64,000 bases of DNA, from the IMG/VR virus record IMGVR_UViG_3300023117_002343, positions 11,694 through 75,693 of that record; one strand, given 5' to 3'. A program made the translations under genes and the position numbers. Position 1 is the first letter of the stretch, and the number at the start of each line of letters is the position of its first letter. The stretch comes from a virus. This document shows, piece by piece, positions 34,936 through 45,137 of the stretch. The notes under the pieces were generated by a model. That model searched no databases and was not told the DNA's origin. It was given only the letters and a program-made list of their open reading frames with translations.

Positions 34936-36476
34936 TTTAAACCTGCGAGTAATTGCCAACGTTGCAATCGTTTAGATTCAGAAATTATGCGTCCGTATTT
35001 TCTGTTCAAATATGAATGCACAATTTTTTCAATAGAAGCATAGGAATAATTTATTTTTCCTTCTTGTTTTTTCTTGGCAATATGATCAACTAGCTTCGGA
35101 ATAATCTTAATAAGATCATTTTGTAATTCTAGTGTGATTCCCATATTGGAACCCTTTCTTGATAGCATTTCTTTATGCGTTTTAAACCAGCTTACAATGG
35201 CTGCCTTAACTTTTTGTTCAATATTGTCTCGGTCCGAATCTTTTACAACTTTTTTCAAGCCATCTTCCAGATCGCTTACTATTTCGTCCGTCAAAGCATA
35301 TTGTCTAGTAAGAGGATCAGCACTATTTTTCCAACGAGTCAACATGTCTGATATGACGTCACCAATGGGTTCATCGAGTTTTGATGCTTCAACTGCTGAA
35401 TCTTTTAGTGCTTCTCTCGCTTTACTCTCAAGCTCTTGAGATTCTTGCTCAGATACTTCAGGTGTTTTGTCTGCATCTTCAGCTTTATCTTTTAATTCTT
35501 TTGCGGCTTCTTCGGCATCTTTAACTGCTTCTACAGATTCTTGAGCATCTTGTTTTTCAAGCTTAGGATTAAAAAACTTAGGATCCATTAAATTTTCAAT
35601 CTTAACTTTCATTAAAGCAGCGGCCATTTCTTCTGGCATTTTATCTATCTGTCTAGACTGCGCTTGAACTGGTGCCATTAATTGCTTTTGAAGCCCCGGT
35701 AATATTTTAATGTTCTTGAAAAAATTGAACATATTTTTAATTTTAGTGCCATCTATTTCTCTTCGAATATCAGCTGCTGCCTTTTTTTGTTCTTCTTCTG
35801 TATTTTTTCCAGCAAGATTAAAAATTTGTTCGATTGTTGAATCTTTACCAGTTTTTAAAGCTTTTAACGCTTCTTCAGATTGAGCATTTATGTTTCCCTG
35901 TTTGGCAGCATCTTCTGCTTTTTTTATTATCGGATTTAAAGATCGACCAACACGCTGCTGGAATGTTTTCATCCCATTGACAATGCCACCGGCGAATGTT
36001 TGAGATTTCAAAGCTAATTCGCTGGCTGCATTCACCAAAGGAATATAATCCCTAAATTTTTCGAAAGTTTTGCCAATTTGCGGCAATTTAACCCACTTGT
36101 TAAAACCATCAGAACTTGTATCTAATTTTTCTAACTTGGCCAATGTTGCATCGGTCTGTTGTTGCAATACTTCAAGATATTTTTGAACTTCCGGAACAGC
36201 ATCAAGAAACTCTTCAGGCGAAGATAATCCTTTATCAGCCTCAAAGTCATAAACTTTAAATTGTTTTAAATATTTTTCAACTGTTTCTAAATTTTTTGCT
36301 GCAGCATTTAAATTATCATTAACATTTTTAAAATCAGCTGCATCTAATTTTTCCACAAGCAAATATCGTATGGACATTTCGTGCAAGGATCGATCTGCAT
36401 ATTGCGGCAAAGATTGAATTTTGCGCAGCATGTCTAAGCTTTCTGCAATAATTTTATCATGATTCTTTAGTTGCAT
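34932..36476 (-). CDS. Helical L/I-x-E protein with a C-terminal RWQLLAGLK motif
   Basis: IAE, LHE, LVE and ISE sites; ATATTTA at 36504-36510. Confidence 0.65.
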   Translation of the reverse strand: MQLKNHDKIIAESLDMLRKIQSLPQYADRSLHEMSIRYLLVEKLDAADFKNVNDNLNAAAKNLETVEKYLKQFKVYDFEADKGLSSPEEFLDAVPEVQKYLEVLQQQTDATLAKLEKLDTSSDGFNKWVKLPQIGKTFEKFRDYIPLVNAASELALKSQTFAGGIVNGMKTFQQRVGRSLNPIIKKAEDAAKQGNINAQSEEALKALKTGKDSTIEQIFNLAGKNTEEEQKKAAADIRREIDGTKIKNMFNFFKNIKILPGLQKQLMAPVQAQSRQIDKMPEEMAAALMKVKIENLMDPKFFNPKLEKQDAQESVEAVKDAEEAAKELKDKAEDADKTPEVSEQESQELESKAREALKDSAVEASKLDEPIGDVISDMLTRWKNSADPLTRQYALTDEIVSDLEDGLKKVVKDSDRDNIEQKVKAAIVSWFKTHKEMLSRKGSNMGITLELQNDLIKIIPKLVDHIAKKKQEGKINYSYASIEKIVHSYLNRKYGRIISESKRLQRWQLLAGLK

Positions 36477-36521
36477 AGATTATAAGCCAGGTAAAGCTTT
36501 TACTAAATATGGCCTACTGAT

Positions 36522-36953
36522 TCAGTCTGAAGAATCTAATGACACTTTTCGAACCTGTCGTTTGGCTCTTGCAAGCATGTCCAAACCCGAAGTATCTCGA
36601 TAGGTCTCACAGTAGACGAGCTCGTCTATGCCGGCATTGATAATGGCCTTAGCACACATTTTGCACGGAGACAAGGTGACATACATTCGCTTTCTTTGCG
36701 GATTGTTATAGTCCATCTTGATCAGGGCATTGACCTCTGCGTGAATGCATCCACTCTGGCCGGGCTCTGCAGACTCAACTTCATTGGGTCCGCCGGCTTG
36801 ATCACCATTGTATCCCATAGCCAAGACCTGAGTGTTATCATTGGAAACCACCACAGCTCCAACTTTGTGTCTCTGGTCAATGCTTCTCTCGGCAATAGAC
36901 TGGGCAAAGCGCATCCAGATAGTGTCCCAATCGGGTCTTTTATTTATTCCCAT
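36522..36953 (-). CDS. dCMP deaminase
   Basis: KVGAVVV, GYNG, HAEVNA and SPCKMC. Confidence 0.92.
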   Translation of the reverse strand: MGINKRPDWDTIWMRFAQSIAERSIDQRHKVGAVVVSNDNTQVLAMGYNGDQAGGPNEVESAEPGQSGCIHAEVNALIKMDYNNPQRKRMYVTLSPCKMCAKAIINAGIDELVYCETYRDTSGLDMLARAKRQVRKVSLDSSD

Positions 36954-37789
36954 GGCCAAAACAACTTTTCTACGCTTTCTGATGGTCCCAAAGTAAACCC
37001 AGCAGCTTTTTTATGTCCACCGCCGCCAAAGCGCGCAGCAATTTTTGATACATCGACTTCGTTCTTTTGGGTTCTTAGGCTGACTTTATGCTTCATATTT
37101 TTGTGATCGTAGTACCAAATAACAACGAAATCACAAGTAGGAGCCAATTGAGATCCAATTTCGCTTTGTAAGATTGAGCTATTTACCACGCAAACTTCAT
37201 AGCTTCTCCATAAATTTTTTCGAGCACTTTGGCATATTTTCTTCATAACAATATTATTATAATGAAGAATAGTATAACCATCGCTCACAAGCTCCTCGAA
37301 CTGCGAGAGATTATTCATGGCATCAAACGACTCAAAAGTAAAGTCGATCAATGAGGTTAGCGCGGCAGACACAGCTTTACTGTCTTCCAGCTCAAAACGC
37401 CATAGGTCTCTGTCCTCAATATAACGCAAAAAAATCGGAGGATCTTCAGAGCCATGAAAGAATTGCCAGGACAATATTGCGCCACTTCTACTCATGTCTA
37501 ATTGAGCTTCAGGGATGCCGGCTAAATTTTCTTGGGCAGTTTTATGATGATCTAACACAATCAAAGAATTAGCTTTTTCTATCATTTTCTTAATATCATA
37601 ACGCGAATAAGAAAAATCCAGAATGGCTACATTTTTACCTGTAACATTTGGTATCGGATCGCCATAGGATGCCGGCAAATACTGAGCTCGATCGCCCAGA
37701 AGCTTCCAAGCGGCCCAAGCTGCACCGAATCCATCAGGACAATTTGCGTGATAAATAACTAGGTCGACGTCTTGCGGATTGGGTCTCAT
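36944..37789 (-). CDS. DHH/DHHA1 phosphoesterase
   Basis: YHANCPDG, LDHH, DRDLW and GGGGHKKAAG. Confidence 0.9.
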   Translation of the reverse strand: MRPNPQDVDLVIYHANCPDGFGAAWAAWKLLGDRAQYLPASYGDPIPNVTGKNVAILDFSYSRYDIKKMIEKANSLIVLDHHKTAQENLAGIPEAQLDMSRSGAILSWQFFHGSEDPPIFLRYIEDRDLWRFELEDSKAVSAALTSLIDFTFESFDAMNNLSQFEELVSDGYTILHYNNIVMKKICQSARKNLWRSYEVCVVNSSILQSEIGSQLAPTCDFVVIWYYDHKNMKHKVSLRTQKNEVDVSKIAARFGGGGHKKAAGFTLGPSESVEKLFWPWE

Positions 37790-37790
37790 G

Positions 37791-38333
37791 CTACCTCAAA
37801 AATGTTGTGTGCTGGTGGCATCTGGGCTCATATTTTTCTGAGCCTCCTACGTCAATGTAATTCAGACCTTCAACGCGAGCCACAGTGTAATAAGCATCAT
37901 GATAACACATGGTGCAAACTGCCGGACACACTTTGATCTCGGTGGCCCATGGCAGCATGGCTTGCACTTCCGGAAATACTTCGCCGCGAGCGGAAAGTTG
38001 AATGGTGGAGACGTATATGGACTTGCCCATCTTAAAAAGCGAAATGAGGGCCTCAGCCGAATCATCGATCATAAATGCTTCGTCGACTGCCACTACATCG
38101 CATTCCTGTGCTGCCTCAAAAATCTCGCGACCATTGGAAACCCCGATGGCCTCTGTAGCGTCTCCAGAATGGGTCACGATTGATTCGTCTGCATATCTAT
38201 GGTCTAACTTAGGTTTGAATGTCAGAACGTTTCTGGACTGGTATCCGGATCGATCTATAACGTTCAGCAGCTGACGAGACTTTCCTCCAAACATTGGTCC
38301 CGTGTAAATTACGAATTCTGGATTACTTTTCAT
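37791..38333 (-). CDS. tdk: Thymidine kinase
   Basis: GPMFGGKS, VDEA, C..C, VGGSEKYEPRC. Confidence 0.88.
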   Translation of the reverse strand: MKSNPEFVIYTGPMFGGKSRQLLNVIDRSGYQSRNVLTFKPKLDHRYADESIVTHSGDATEAIGVSNGREIFEAAQECDVVAVDEAFMIDDSAEALISLFKMGKSIYVSTIQLSARGEVFPEVQAMLPWATEIKVCPAVCTMCYHDAYYTVARVEGLNYIDVGGSEKYEPRCHQHTTFLR

Positions 38334-39363
38334 CACTTTCCTTTTGTGATTTTTTAGGCGTCAGTTCCCACCAGGCCAAAGTGGATTCCAGGCCAGTTTC
38401 AAAATCAGTCTGTGGCTTCCAGCTGGTCTCTTCTGTGATGGCCTCAATACTTGCCTTGGTGTGCTTGACATCGCCAGGTCTTTCAGGCGCATGTGTAATT
38501 TCAATGTCACCAAATCGATCTTTGAGCATTTGAAGGATCTGATTGTTAGACAGACTCTTGCCGTAGCCCACATTGTAGGCCGCAAAGTCGCCTGTGTCTT
38601 CTGATGCCACTGTCACCAGAGCGTTAACCACATCGCCTACGTAAACCATGTCTCTTGTCTGCTCACCGTCGCCATCAGAGCGCAGAGGTTGATTCTGTTT
38701 GAGCTTATCGCACCAGGCTGCTACGGCTGTAGCGTAGGGATTATTGCCATAACAGCCCGGACCGTACACGTTAAAAAATCTCAGTGCTGCACTTTTGAGT
38801 CCGTAGAGATCAGCAAACTGTTTTAAAAACATTTCAGAGCACAGTTTTTGTAGGCCATATGGGCTTCTGGGCTCTTTGTGAAAACTTTCTTCTGTGGCTA
38901 TTTCGTCTGGATGTGACGTAAAAGAGCCGTAAATTGCAGAAGAAGAAGCAAAGACGAACTTTTCAACTCCACTTTTTACAGCCATCTCTGCTAGGGCCAC
39001 CGTCTTAAAGAGGTTGGTGTCGGTGGAGACAGTGGGATTTTCGACTGAGTACTCAACGCGTGGATTGGCTGCAAGATGAAAGACGTGTGTATATCCTCCC
39101 TGCATGATGTGCTTAATAACGTCGGGATCTGACATGTCAGCTGTGATGACCAGAGTCTGATCGCTGCCCAGATTTTCGCGCGCAAAAAGTATGTCGACCA
39201 ATCCTGGTAAGACCGTTCGAGGCACCACGTCTTTTTCTATCAGGTTCTGAAGATAGCCTGAGCTCAAGTCATCAATAACTGTAACCTTCCAGCCTTCTTC
39301 CAATAGTTTTTTCACTAGGTGTGATCCAATAAAACCGCAACCCCCTGTCACTAGTGCTTTCAT
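38323..39363 (-). CDS. NAD-dependent nucleotide-sugar epimerase/dehydratase
   Basis: TGGCGFIG, HLAA, ASSSAIYG, YGLQK and RFFNVYGP. Confidence 0.92.
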   Translation of the reverse strand: MKALVTGGCGFIGSHLVKKLLEEGWKVTVIDDLSSGYLQNLIEKDVVPRTVLPGLVDILFARENLGSDQTLVITADMSDPDVIKHIMQGGYTHVFHLAANPRVEYSVENPTVSTDTNLFKTVALAEMAVKSGVEKFVFASSSAIYGSFTSHPDEIATEESFHKEPRSPYGLQKLCSEMFLKQFADLYGLKSAALRFFNVYGPGCYGNNPYATAVAAWCDKLKQNQPLRSDGDGEQTRDMVYVGDVVNALVTVASEDTGDFAAYNVGYGKSLSNNQILQMLKDRFGDIEITHAPERPGDVKHTKASIEAITEETSWKPQTDFETGLESTLAWWELTPKKSQKESDEK

Positions 39364-42300
39364 TAAGCAATTCTCCTTAGTTTTGTCACTGAGGTAGAGA
39401 AACCCCAGTTTGAATCATTTGATGCATGTGCCATCCAAAGTGAAAATCTTTCAGGCGGAACATTGTTTTCAAACTTACCCCATACACGTAACCAAGTCGC
39501 ATTATGTTCATTGTCAATTGCCCGAATCCGATAAAACGTTTTTCCATTTTTCGTTTTCTTTTGGATTACATCTTGCACACAAAACCAACCAATACCTGCG
39601 GTTCCTGATTGTATTTTATGCAAGGAACTCACATTTTTCTCACCAAGTCTGTTCATTAGCTTGCTTGAGAAAAGTAGTTCCGGATCAACTGATGACGTTA
39701 GATCAAATTGTAAATTTATTTTTTGAGTTCGAGTCCAATCTTCCAAATTGGCATATTTTTGTAATAACACATCTACAATTGGTTCAGGTTCTATTTCTTC
39801 TTTTGCCAATTTCTTAAGCTGTGTAGTGGTCTTTCCATATCGACCTTTTTTCAAAAGAACATAGTTGTTTTCATCAGTAAATGTATACAACAGCTGATTA
39901 TAGTTGATGTCACTTTGTTCAAAATCTTTAAGTGATGAAAGGGCTTCAATTTTGCACAGGGCTGATAGACATGTCTTGTTAATTTTAGACAATCTCCACT
40001 TGCCGTCTTCATTATAAAGAAAATCATCAATGCTGGCAAATGGGCGTAAATTCAAGATTTCATCTACGGCAGTCGCACCAATGCCTTTGACAGATGCAAG
40101 TGAAGGCACAAAAGCATCAATATCATCTGAAAATGCCCACTCTTTTTCGGAGTAATTAACATCAATTTGAGCAAATTCATAGCCCATTTTACGAATTTCG
40201 TTAATGACTTTTGTGAGTTTTTCCTGACTTCCACTCTCAGCCTGCAACACAGTGGACAACCAGTGTTTAGGATAATACGTTGACAACCAGGCACCGTAAT
40301 AAGATACGATTGCATAAGAAACAGCATGGCTCAAGTTAAAACCGTAAAGCGAGAAAAAAGCAATCTTGTCAAAAAGCTCTTGCGCTTTTCTTCTTTCCAG
40401 CCCGCTAACACTGACACAGCCCTCAACGAACTTCTTTTCCAGCTCTTCCTTTTCTTTAGCTTTCTTTCCTAGTGATGTCAGGTCTTTCTTCACAAGAGTT
40501 TTTCGCATCTTGTCCGAATCACCAGGTGAAAATCCTGCCAATTGCTGAGCCAAAAGCATGAATTGTTCCTGGAATGCGATAAAGCCGTATGTGGATCCCA
40601 GTACATTCTTGATTGCAGGATGATCGTATTTAATATTTTCTGCATCACGCTTAGCTTTTACGTACAACTTGTGAACGTTAGCCTTGAGTGGCCCGGGCCG
40701 ATAGATGGCTGTAATTGCCGCGAGGTCAGTAATGTTATCAGGTTGTGCCTCCAAGCAGAACTTTCGAGCACCAGGTGATGTAAACTGAAAAATGCCAGGC
40801 CAGTTACCGCCTTTGAAAACGTGATCAAAAACTTTTGAATCGCTTGGCTCAACATAACGACAATTTAGTTTTTCATCATAGAACTTTTTGATTTCTTCAA
40901 ACTGCGGTTCTTTGGAATTTTGACTCTTAAGAATGCGACGAATACAATCTTCGACCATCTTCATTTGAGACAGTCCTAAAAAGTCAAACTTTAGAAAACC
41001 ATTCTCTTCAAGGTTTCGGATGTTGACGCCCTCGGTCCAAGGTGTCTGTAGTTCACCACGAACCTTAATGAGCGGCATATGCTTTTCAAGCTCAGGACAG
41101 ATAAGCACACCACCCGCATGTCGACCAATCGATCGATTCATCATGAAAAGCTTTTTAACCTTATCCTCAACCTGAGGATATTTTTCCATGAAGTTTTGAT
41201 AGCGTTCTGAATACTTCATGCAATCTTCATGCTTCAGGACAAACATTGATTTTTCCATGTTTGGATCCTGTGCCCGGATTGAAACCTCGGCCTCCAGCGG
41301 ACCCGTCACCGCATTTACCTCACTAAAGGGAATTTGATATAACTTGCTAATGTCCTTTACCAGGGATTTGAGCTTTAAGGTGTTGAAGTTGGAAACCGGA
41401 ACCACAGCATCCTCACCAAAAATTTCCCTAGCGGCATTGATTAGCTCATCACGATCACCAACATCAGTATCGATGTCGGGCCACGATGCCTTTTGCTTAT
41501 TGAGAAATCTCTCAAACAGAAGGCCGTACTTAACGGGATCAACGTGTGTAATGCCTAGCAGATAGTTGACAAGGCTACCGGCGCCGGAACCTCGACCGGC
41601 ACCTGGAAGAGTTCGATTTTCGGCAAGCTTAAAAACCTTCTGAAGGGTCAAGAAGTAATCCGAAAAATTCAAGTACTTAATATCGCCAAGCTCCATCTTG
41701 GCTCGTTCAACATACTCAGGTTTTTCATGCAGTCCTTCGGCAACCAAACCGTCCTTGACCAATTGCGACAACTGTTGAAACGCGGTTTTCTTTTCATTGG
41801 TAAATCTTGGAAGTTTTGCAGTCGTATCAAACCAAACTTCATTACAAAGCTGCCAAGCAATATCATGACCGGTTTCGATTGACCGCCTGACAAGGTCTTC
41901 GGTTCCTTCGTACCAAGAAAATTCCTGCCGACGAAGAAGATACTCATCCCACATTTGTACTGCATTTTTTGGATACAGCTTTGCCTTTAGTTCATGTTCT
42001 AGCGGAACTTTTGGACCAGTGCCATCATCCTTAATGCGACCAGGCATTAATAGACGATAAACCTCACGTGCCTCCCATAGATCTGGCCCTGGAAAGTGTG
42101 AATCTGCTGTGGCCACCATTGGAATGCCTGTTTTCTTTGAGGTCTCAATGATGACTCGGTTAGTAAGATCCTGCGCGTTCATTGCATGAAACTGTGTTTC
42201 TAAAAAAAAGTTCTCACGTCCCACAGCATCAATAAACATGTCACAGGCGTTTTCAATCTTACCAACGCACTTTGACATGATTGCAGGATCATCAACCAAC

Positions 42301-42923
42301 GATGGGTGTAGTTGGTCAAATTTGAGACCAACAAATTCATCGTAAATGAGACCTGATGGGTATCCCCCCACGCATGCCGTTGATACAGCTAAGCCTTCGC
42401 CGTGTTGCTTAAGCATCTCAAAATCAATACGAGGAAAACGGAAAAAACCCTCAGCAAAGGAGCGTTTTACCAATGTAAAAAGATTTGCTAGGCCTACTTC
42501 ATTTTTTGCAATAACGACAAGGTGATACCTTCTATTGACATTGCTAACGGCAGCCTTGGTTCGTGTTTCATCTGCGTCTTCCAAAACCAACCCAGCGTCT
42601 TTATCACTTACACCTTTTTTGCTTTTGGCATCTTTTGACTCGGTGTATGCTATGCGCCAGTCCTTTAGTGAAGGCACAAAGTAAAATTCAACGCCATAAA
42701 TCTGTCGAAACTTTCTACCCTTTCCGGATAGCTTTTTCATGTGTGCATGAGCATGTGCCAAACCGTTACCGTTACCATGATCAGTCAGAGTCCAGCCATC
42801 CAGCTGATTCTTCAAGCAAAATTCAATATGCTCATGTGGTTGACCTAGGCCATCATAAGGAGAAAAAGTTGAATGACCATGAATAGAAACGAAACGATCA
42901 GGTGGACGTAAAATATGACTCAT
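39363..42923 (-). CDS. dnaE: DNA polymerase III alpha subunit with an intact PHP domain
   Basis: HGHSTFS..DG, TDHG, DSHF, GRGSGAGS, PDIDTD, HAGGV, KFDFLGL and YGFNLSHA. Start at the ATG after AAGGA. Confidence 0.96.
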   Translation of the reverse strand: MSHILRPPDRFVSIHGHSTFSPYDGLGQPHEHIEFCLKNQLDGWTLTDHGNGNGLAHAHAHMKKLSGKGRKFRQIYGVEFYFVPSLKDWRIAYTESKDAKSKKGVSDKDAGLVLEDADETRTKAAVSNVNRRYHLVVIAKNEVGLANLFTLVKRSFAEGFFRFPRIDFEMLKQHGEGLAVSTACVGGYPSGLIYDEFVGLKFDQLHPSLVDDPAIMSKCVGKIENACDMFIDAVGRENFFLETQFHAMNAQDLTNRVIIETSKKTGIPMVATADSHFPGPDLWEAREVYRLLMPGRIKDDGTGPKVPLEHELKAKLYPKNAVQMWDEYLLRRQEFSWYEGTEDLVRRSIETGHDIAWQLCNEVWFDTTAKLPRFTNEKKTAFQQLSQLVKDGLVAEGLHEKPEYVERAKMELGDIKYLNFSDYFLTLQKVFKLAENRTLPGAGRGSGAGSLVNYLLGITHVDPVKYGLLFERFLNKQKASWPDIDTDVGDRDELINAAREIFGEDAVVPVSNFNTLKLKSLVKDISKLYQIPFSEVNAVTGPLEAEVSIRAQDPNMEKSMFVLKHEDCMKYSERYQNFMEKYPQVEDKVKKLFMMNRSIGRHAGGVLICPELEKHMPLIKVRGELQTPWTEGVNIRNLEENGFLKFDFLGLSQMKMVEDCIRRILKSQNSKEPQFEEIKKFYDEKLNCRYVEPSDSKVFDHVFKGGNWPGIFQFTSPGARKFCLEAQPDNITDLAAITAIYRPGPLKANVHKLYVKAKRDAENIKYDHPAIKNVLGSTYGFIAFQEQFMLLAQQLAGFSPGDSDKMRKTLVKKDLTSLGKKAKEKEELEKKFVEGCVSVSGLERRKAQELFDKIAFFSLYGFNLSHAVSYAIVSYYGAWLSTYYPKHWLSTVLQAESGSQEKLTKVINEIRKMGYEFAQIDVNYSEKEWAFSDDIDAFVPSLASVKGIGATAVDEILNLRPFASIDDFLYNEDGKWRLSKINKTCLSALCKIEALSSLKDFEQSDINYNQLLYTFTDENNYVLLKKGRYGKTTTQLKKLAKEEIEPEPIVDVLLQKYANLEDWTRTQKINLQFDLTSSVDPELLFSSKLMNRLGEKNVSSLHKIQSGTAGIGWFCVQDVIQKKTKNGKTFYRIRAIDNEHNATWLRVWGKFENNVPPERFSLWMAHASNDSNWGFSTSVTKLRRIA

Positions 42924-42935
42924 GATATAATCCTT

Positions 42936-42976
42936 AAAAAAGTGTGCCTCCACAATTATATCATCATGGAGGCACA
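42936..42976 (-). terminator. Intrinsic terminator-like hairpin whose loop contains the dnaE -10 box
   Basis: TGTGCCTCCA-N14-TGGAGGCACA followed by CTTTTTT on the minus strand. Confidence 0.6.
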
Positions 42977-42983
42977 TTTACAC
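42955..42983 (-). promoter_or_regulatory. sigma70-like promoter GTGTAA-N17-TATAAT for dnaE
   Basis: Recurrent motif. Confidence 0.7.
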
Positions 42984-43013
42984 GTTTTTAATGGATGAAA
43001 ACGTGATGATTTT

Positions 43014-43472
43014 TTACTCGATGCTGTCAGAGTAAGGCTCTAGGAGCATCTCACCGGCTTCATGACAACGATCCAAGTAATCTTCCAACTGCTCAAAAGT
43101 CGTGCAAACCTTGACACCGCTTCTTGCCAGCATCAAATTGAATGGTGCTCCCTTTGGGAGACCCGCGCAAAAGTAAATAATGGCCTTATCAAATGCCGTG
43201 GCATAACCGCATTCCATGATAGTGCCAAGATCTTTATCACGGGTATTGACAACCAAAAAGTCAGCTTCTCGAATGTGCTTTAGGTTTCCTTGGTAGGTCG
43301 CATCCTGCACATCTTTTGGCGCATTTGGTGGACATACAAAAATTCTACGTGGGGAAGCCAGCTCAACCCAAGAATCACGCTCATCCAAGATCTGCTCAAG
43401 GCGATCAAGTTCGGCGGCCTGCGTGGGGTTAAACCAGCCGGCTGCCAAATAACACTTCTTTCTATCACTCAT
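43014..43472 (-). CDS. Nucleoside 2-deoxyribosyltransferase / nucleotide N-glycosidase family protein
   Basis: YLAAGWF, D.GT..ECGYA and NLML. Confidence 0.8.
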   Translation of the reverse strand: MSDRKKCYLAAGWFNPTQAAELDRLEQILDERDSWVELASPRRIFVCPPNAPKDVQDATYQGNLKHIREADFLVVNTRDKDLGTIMECGYATAFDKAIIYFCAGLPKGAPFNLMLARSGVKVCTTFEQLEDYLDRCHEAGEMLLEPYSDSIE

Positions 43473-43473
43473 A

Positions 43474-43995
43474 TTATTTCTCCAAAAATTGCTTAATATC
43501 GGAAAGCTCTCTTTCCAGATTTTCGTCATCAACATTCATAACCAAAACATCACACTTTGACCACTCGGCAAACTCGAGATAGCGTTCATGAATTTTTTCA
43601 ATATTATCATTAATCGCCTCATATTCATCACTCGAGTTTTCGTAATTTGATCGTACCGGTATTATTATTTTTGTCCCTAATCGTGCATGGCGTGAATCCA
43701 GTTCTCGTAAAACTTCAAAATCCACTTTTCGACCAAGCACAGAACCGTAAATCCACTCGGACGGCCATGCACGATCTAGAATAACTGAGGCACCTGATTG
43801 CTCTAAAAATGAAGTAAAATAGGTGTCGACATATCTGACAGCATGCAAAAAATAAGAAGGATCCTGTAAAAAGTATCGATGCTCATCACAATTTTTGAAA
43901 TACGGAATTTCAAGCTCATTTGCAAGTGCCTGAGACATTTGTGTTTTTCCACAACCATCAGGTCCATCAAAAATAATCACATGCTGTTTTGTCAT
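43474..43995 (-). CDS. Thymidylate-kinase-like P-loop NMP kinase
   Basis: DGPDGCGKT and ILDRAWPSEWIYG. Confidence 0.8.
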   Translation of the reverse strand: MTKQHVIIFDGPDGCGKTQMSQALANELEIPYFKNCDEHRYFLQDPSYFLHAVRYVDTYFTSFLEQSGASVILDRAWPSEWIYGSVLGRKVDFEVLRELDSRHARLGTKIIIPVRSNYENSSDEYEAINDNIEKIHERYLEFAEWSKCDVLVMNVDDENLERELSDIKQFLEK

Positions 43996-44919
43996 TTACT
44001 TGAAGCCAACTTTTCGGAGTCGACCCTCATATCCAATAGTACGCCAATCCTTAATCATTTCCTTTTCACCTGAAAACAAAAGATTTTCAGGAAGTTCTTG
44101 TAACTCCAGATACCATGCCGACTTATCAAACTTCCAATCAGCAGGATTCTCATCATTAACCGATGACGGAATATGAGCACCAGCACTAGGAGCACGACCT
44201 GTATTACCGAACACCTTGTCAACGTTCAGGCATACATTGTCATTTCCCATAGCGTCCAACTTCGTCATCAGGTGTGACCATCCGGACCCCTTAATCTTGT
44301 CGGTACCATCCTCATTGAGATGAGCTCGACGAAGCTCACGATGAATCAGGCGACCAATATAGTTCAGCTCATCAGTCAGGCCATTCTCACAACGACGAGC
44401 AAAATATCCTCGCAAGGCCATGAAATTTACAACACAAACCAAGTTTGTGTGCTGGCCATGTAGTGTCAGATAACGACAGTCTTGGGGAGGAACACCAGCA
44501 TCGACCATATCATCATACAATGACTGGGACATTTCCGCCAATTGATTAGCGCGGTCACCAAACTCAGATTGATAAATGTTCTTAGGAACTGTTACAGCAT
44601 GCTCAATTCTTTCAGGCATTTGTGAAGTTACCACATAAGCCCAACCAACACGACCTCGAGTAAACTGCGCCAAACCGACACGACTAATTCCCTCAATTCT
44701 AACTTGAAACTGAAGTGCTTCCTGCGGAATTGGAAGAGCACGCGCGGCAATTACATCCATTGCCGCCTGAATATGCTCAGGATTATCAGGATCATACTCG
44801 TCATTGCGAAGAGAATACCATGTCTCACGAAACCATTCCCAAAACATTTTGAATGGCATGGGGTTGCCCTGCTCAAGCAGAGTTACATTAATGTGTTGAA
44901 AACCGTTAAAAGTGCTCAT
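43996..44919 (-). CDS. Divergent ThyX-like flavin-dependent thymidylate synthase
   Basis: EALQFQVRIEGISRV..QFTRGR.......TSQ, GVPPQDCRYL and NF..L..Y..RRC. Confidence 0.75.
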   Translation of the reverse strand: MSTFNGFQHINVTLLEQGNPMPFKMFWEWFRETWYSLRNDEYDPDNPEHIQAAMDVIAARALPIPQEALQFQVRIEGISRVGLAQFTRGRVGWAYVVTSQMPERIEHAVTVPKNIYQSEFGDRANQLAEMSQSLYDDMVDAGVPPQDCRYLTLHGQHTNLVCVVNFMALRGYFARRCENGLTDELNYIGRLIHRELRRAHLNEDGTDKIKGSGWSHLMTKLDAMGNDNVCLNVDKVFGNTGRAPSAGAHIPSSVNDENPADWKFDKSAWYLELQELPENLLFSGEKEMIKDWRTIGYEGRLRKVGFK

Positions 44920-44961
44920 TTCTACTCCTTTGTGTGAGCCTCAGAATACCCTTGAATAATA

Positions 44962-45137
44962 TTACTGGGTGCGAAGATGTTCAATAAGTTTATCTGTCGC
45001 ATTACGCAATCCACTACGATTAAATTCTGTGTCACCGATTTGCAACCAGATATCCTCAAGAAATGAATCCATTTCAACTCGATACTGTTGCATGTCTTCG
45101 TAGGAAATTTTTGTCAATTCTGCGGTTGGATTATCAA
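44962..45137 (-). CDS. Possible small protein (start unclear)
   Basis: Open frame fills an otherwise empty gap in the operon. Confidence 0.3.
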
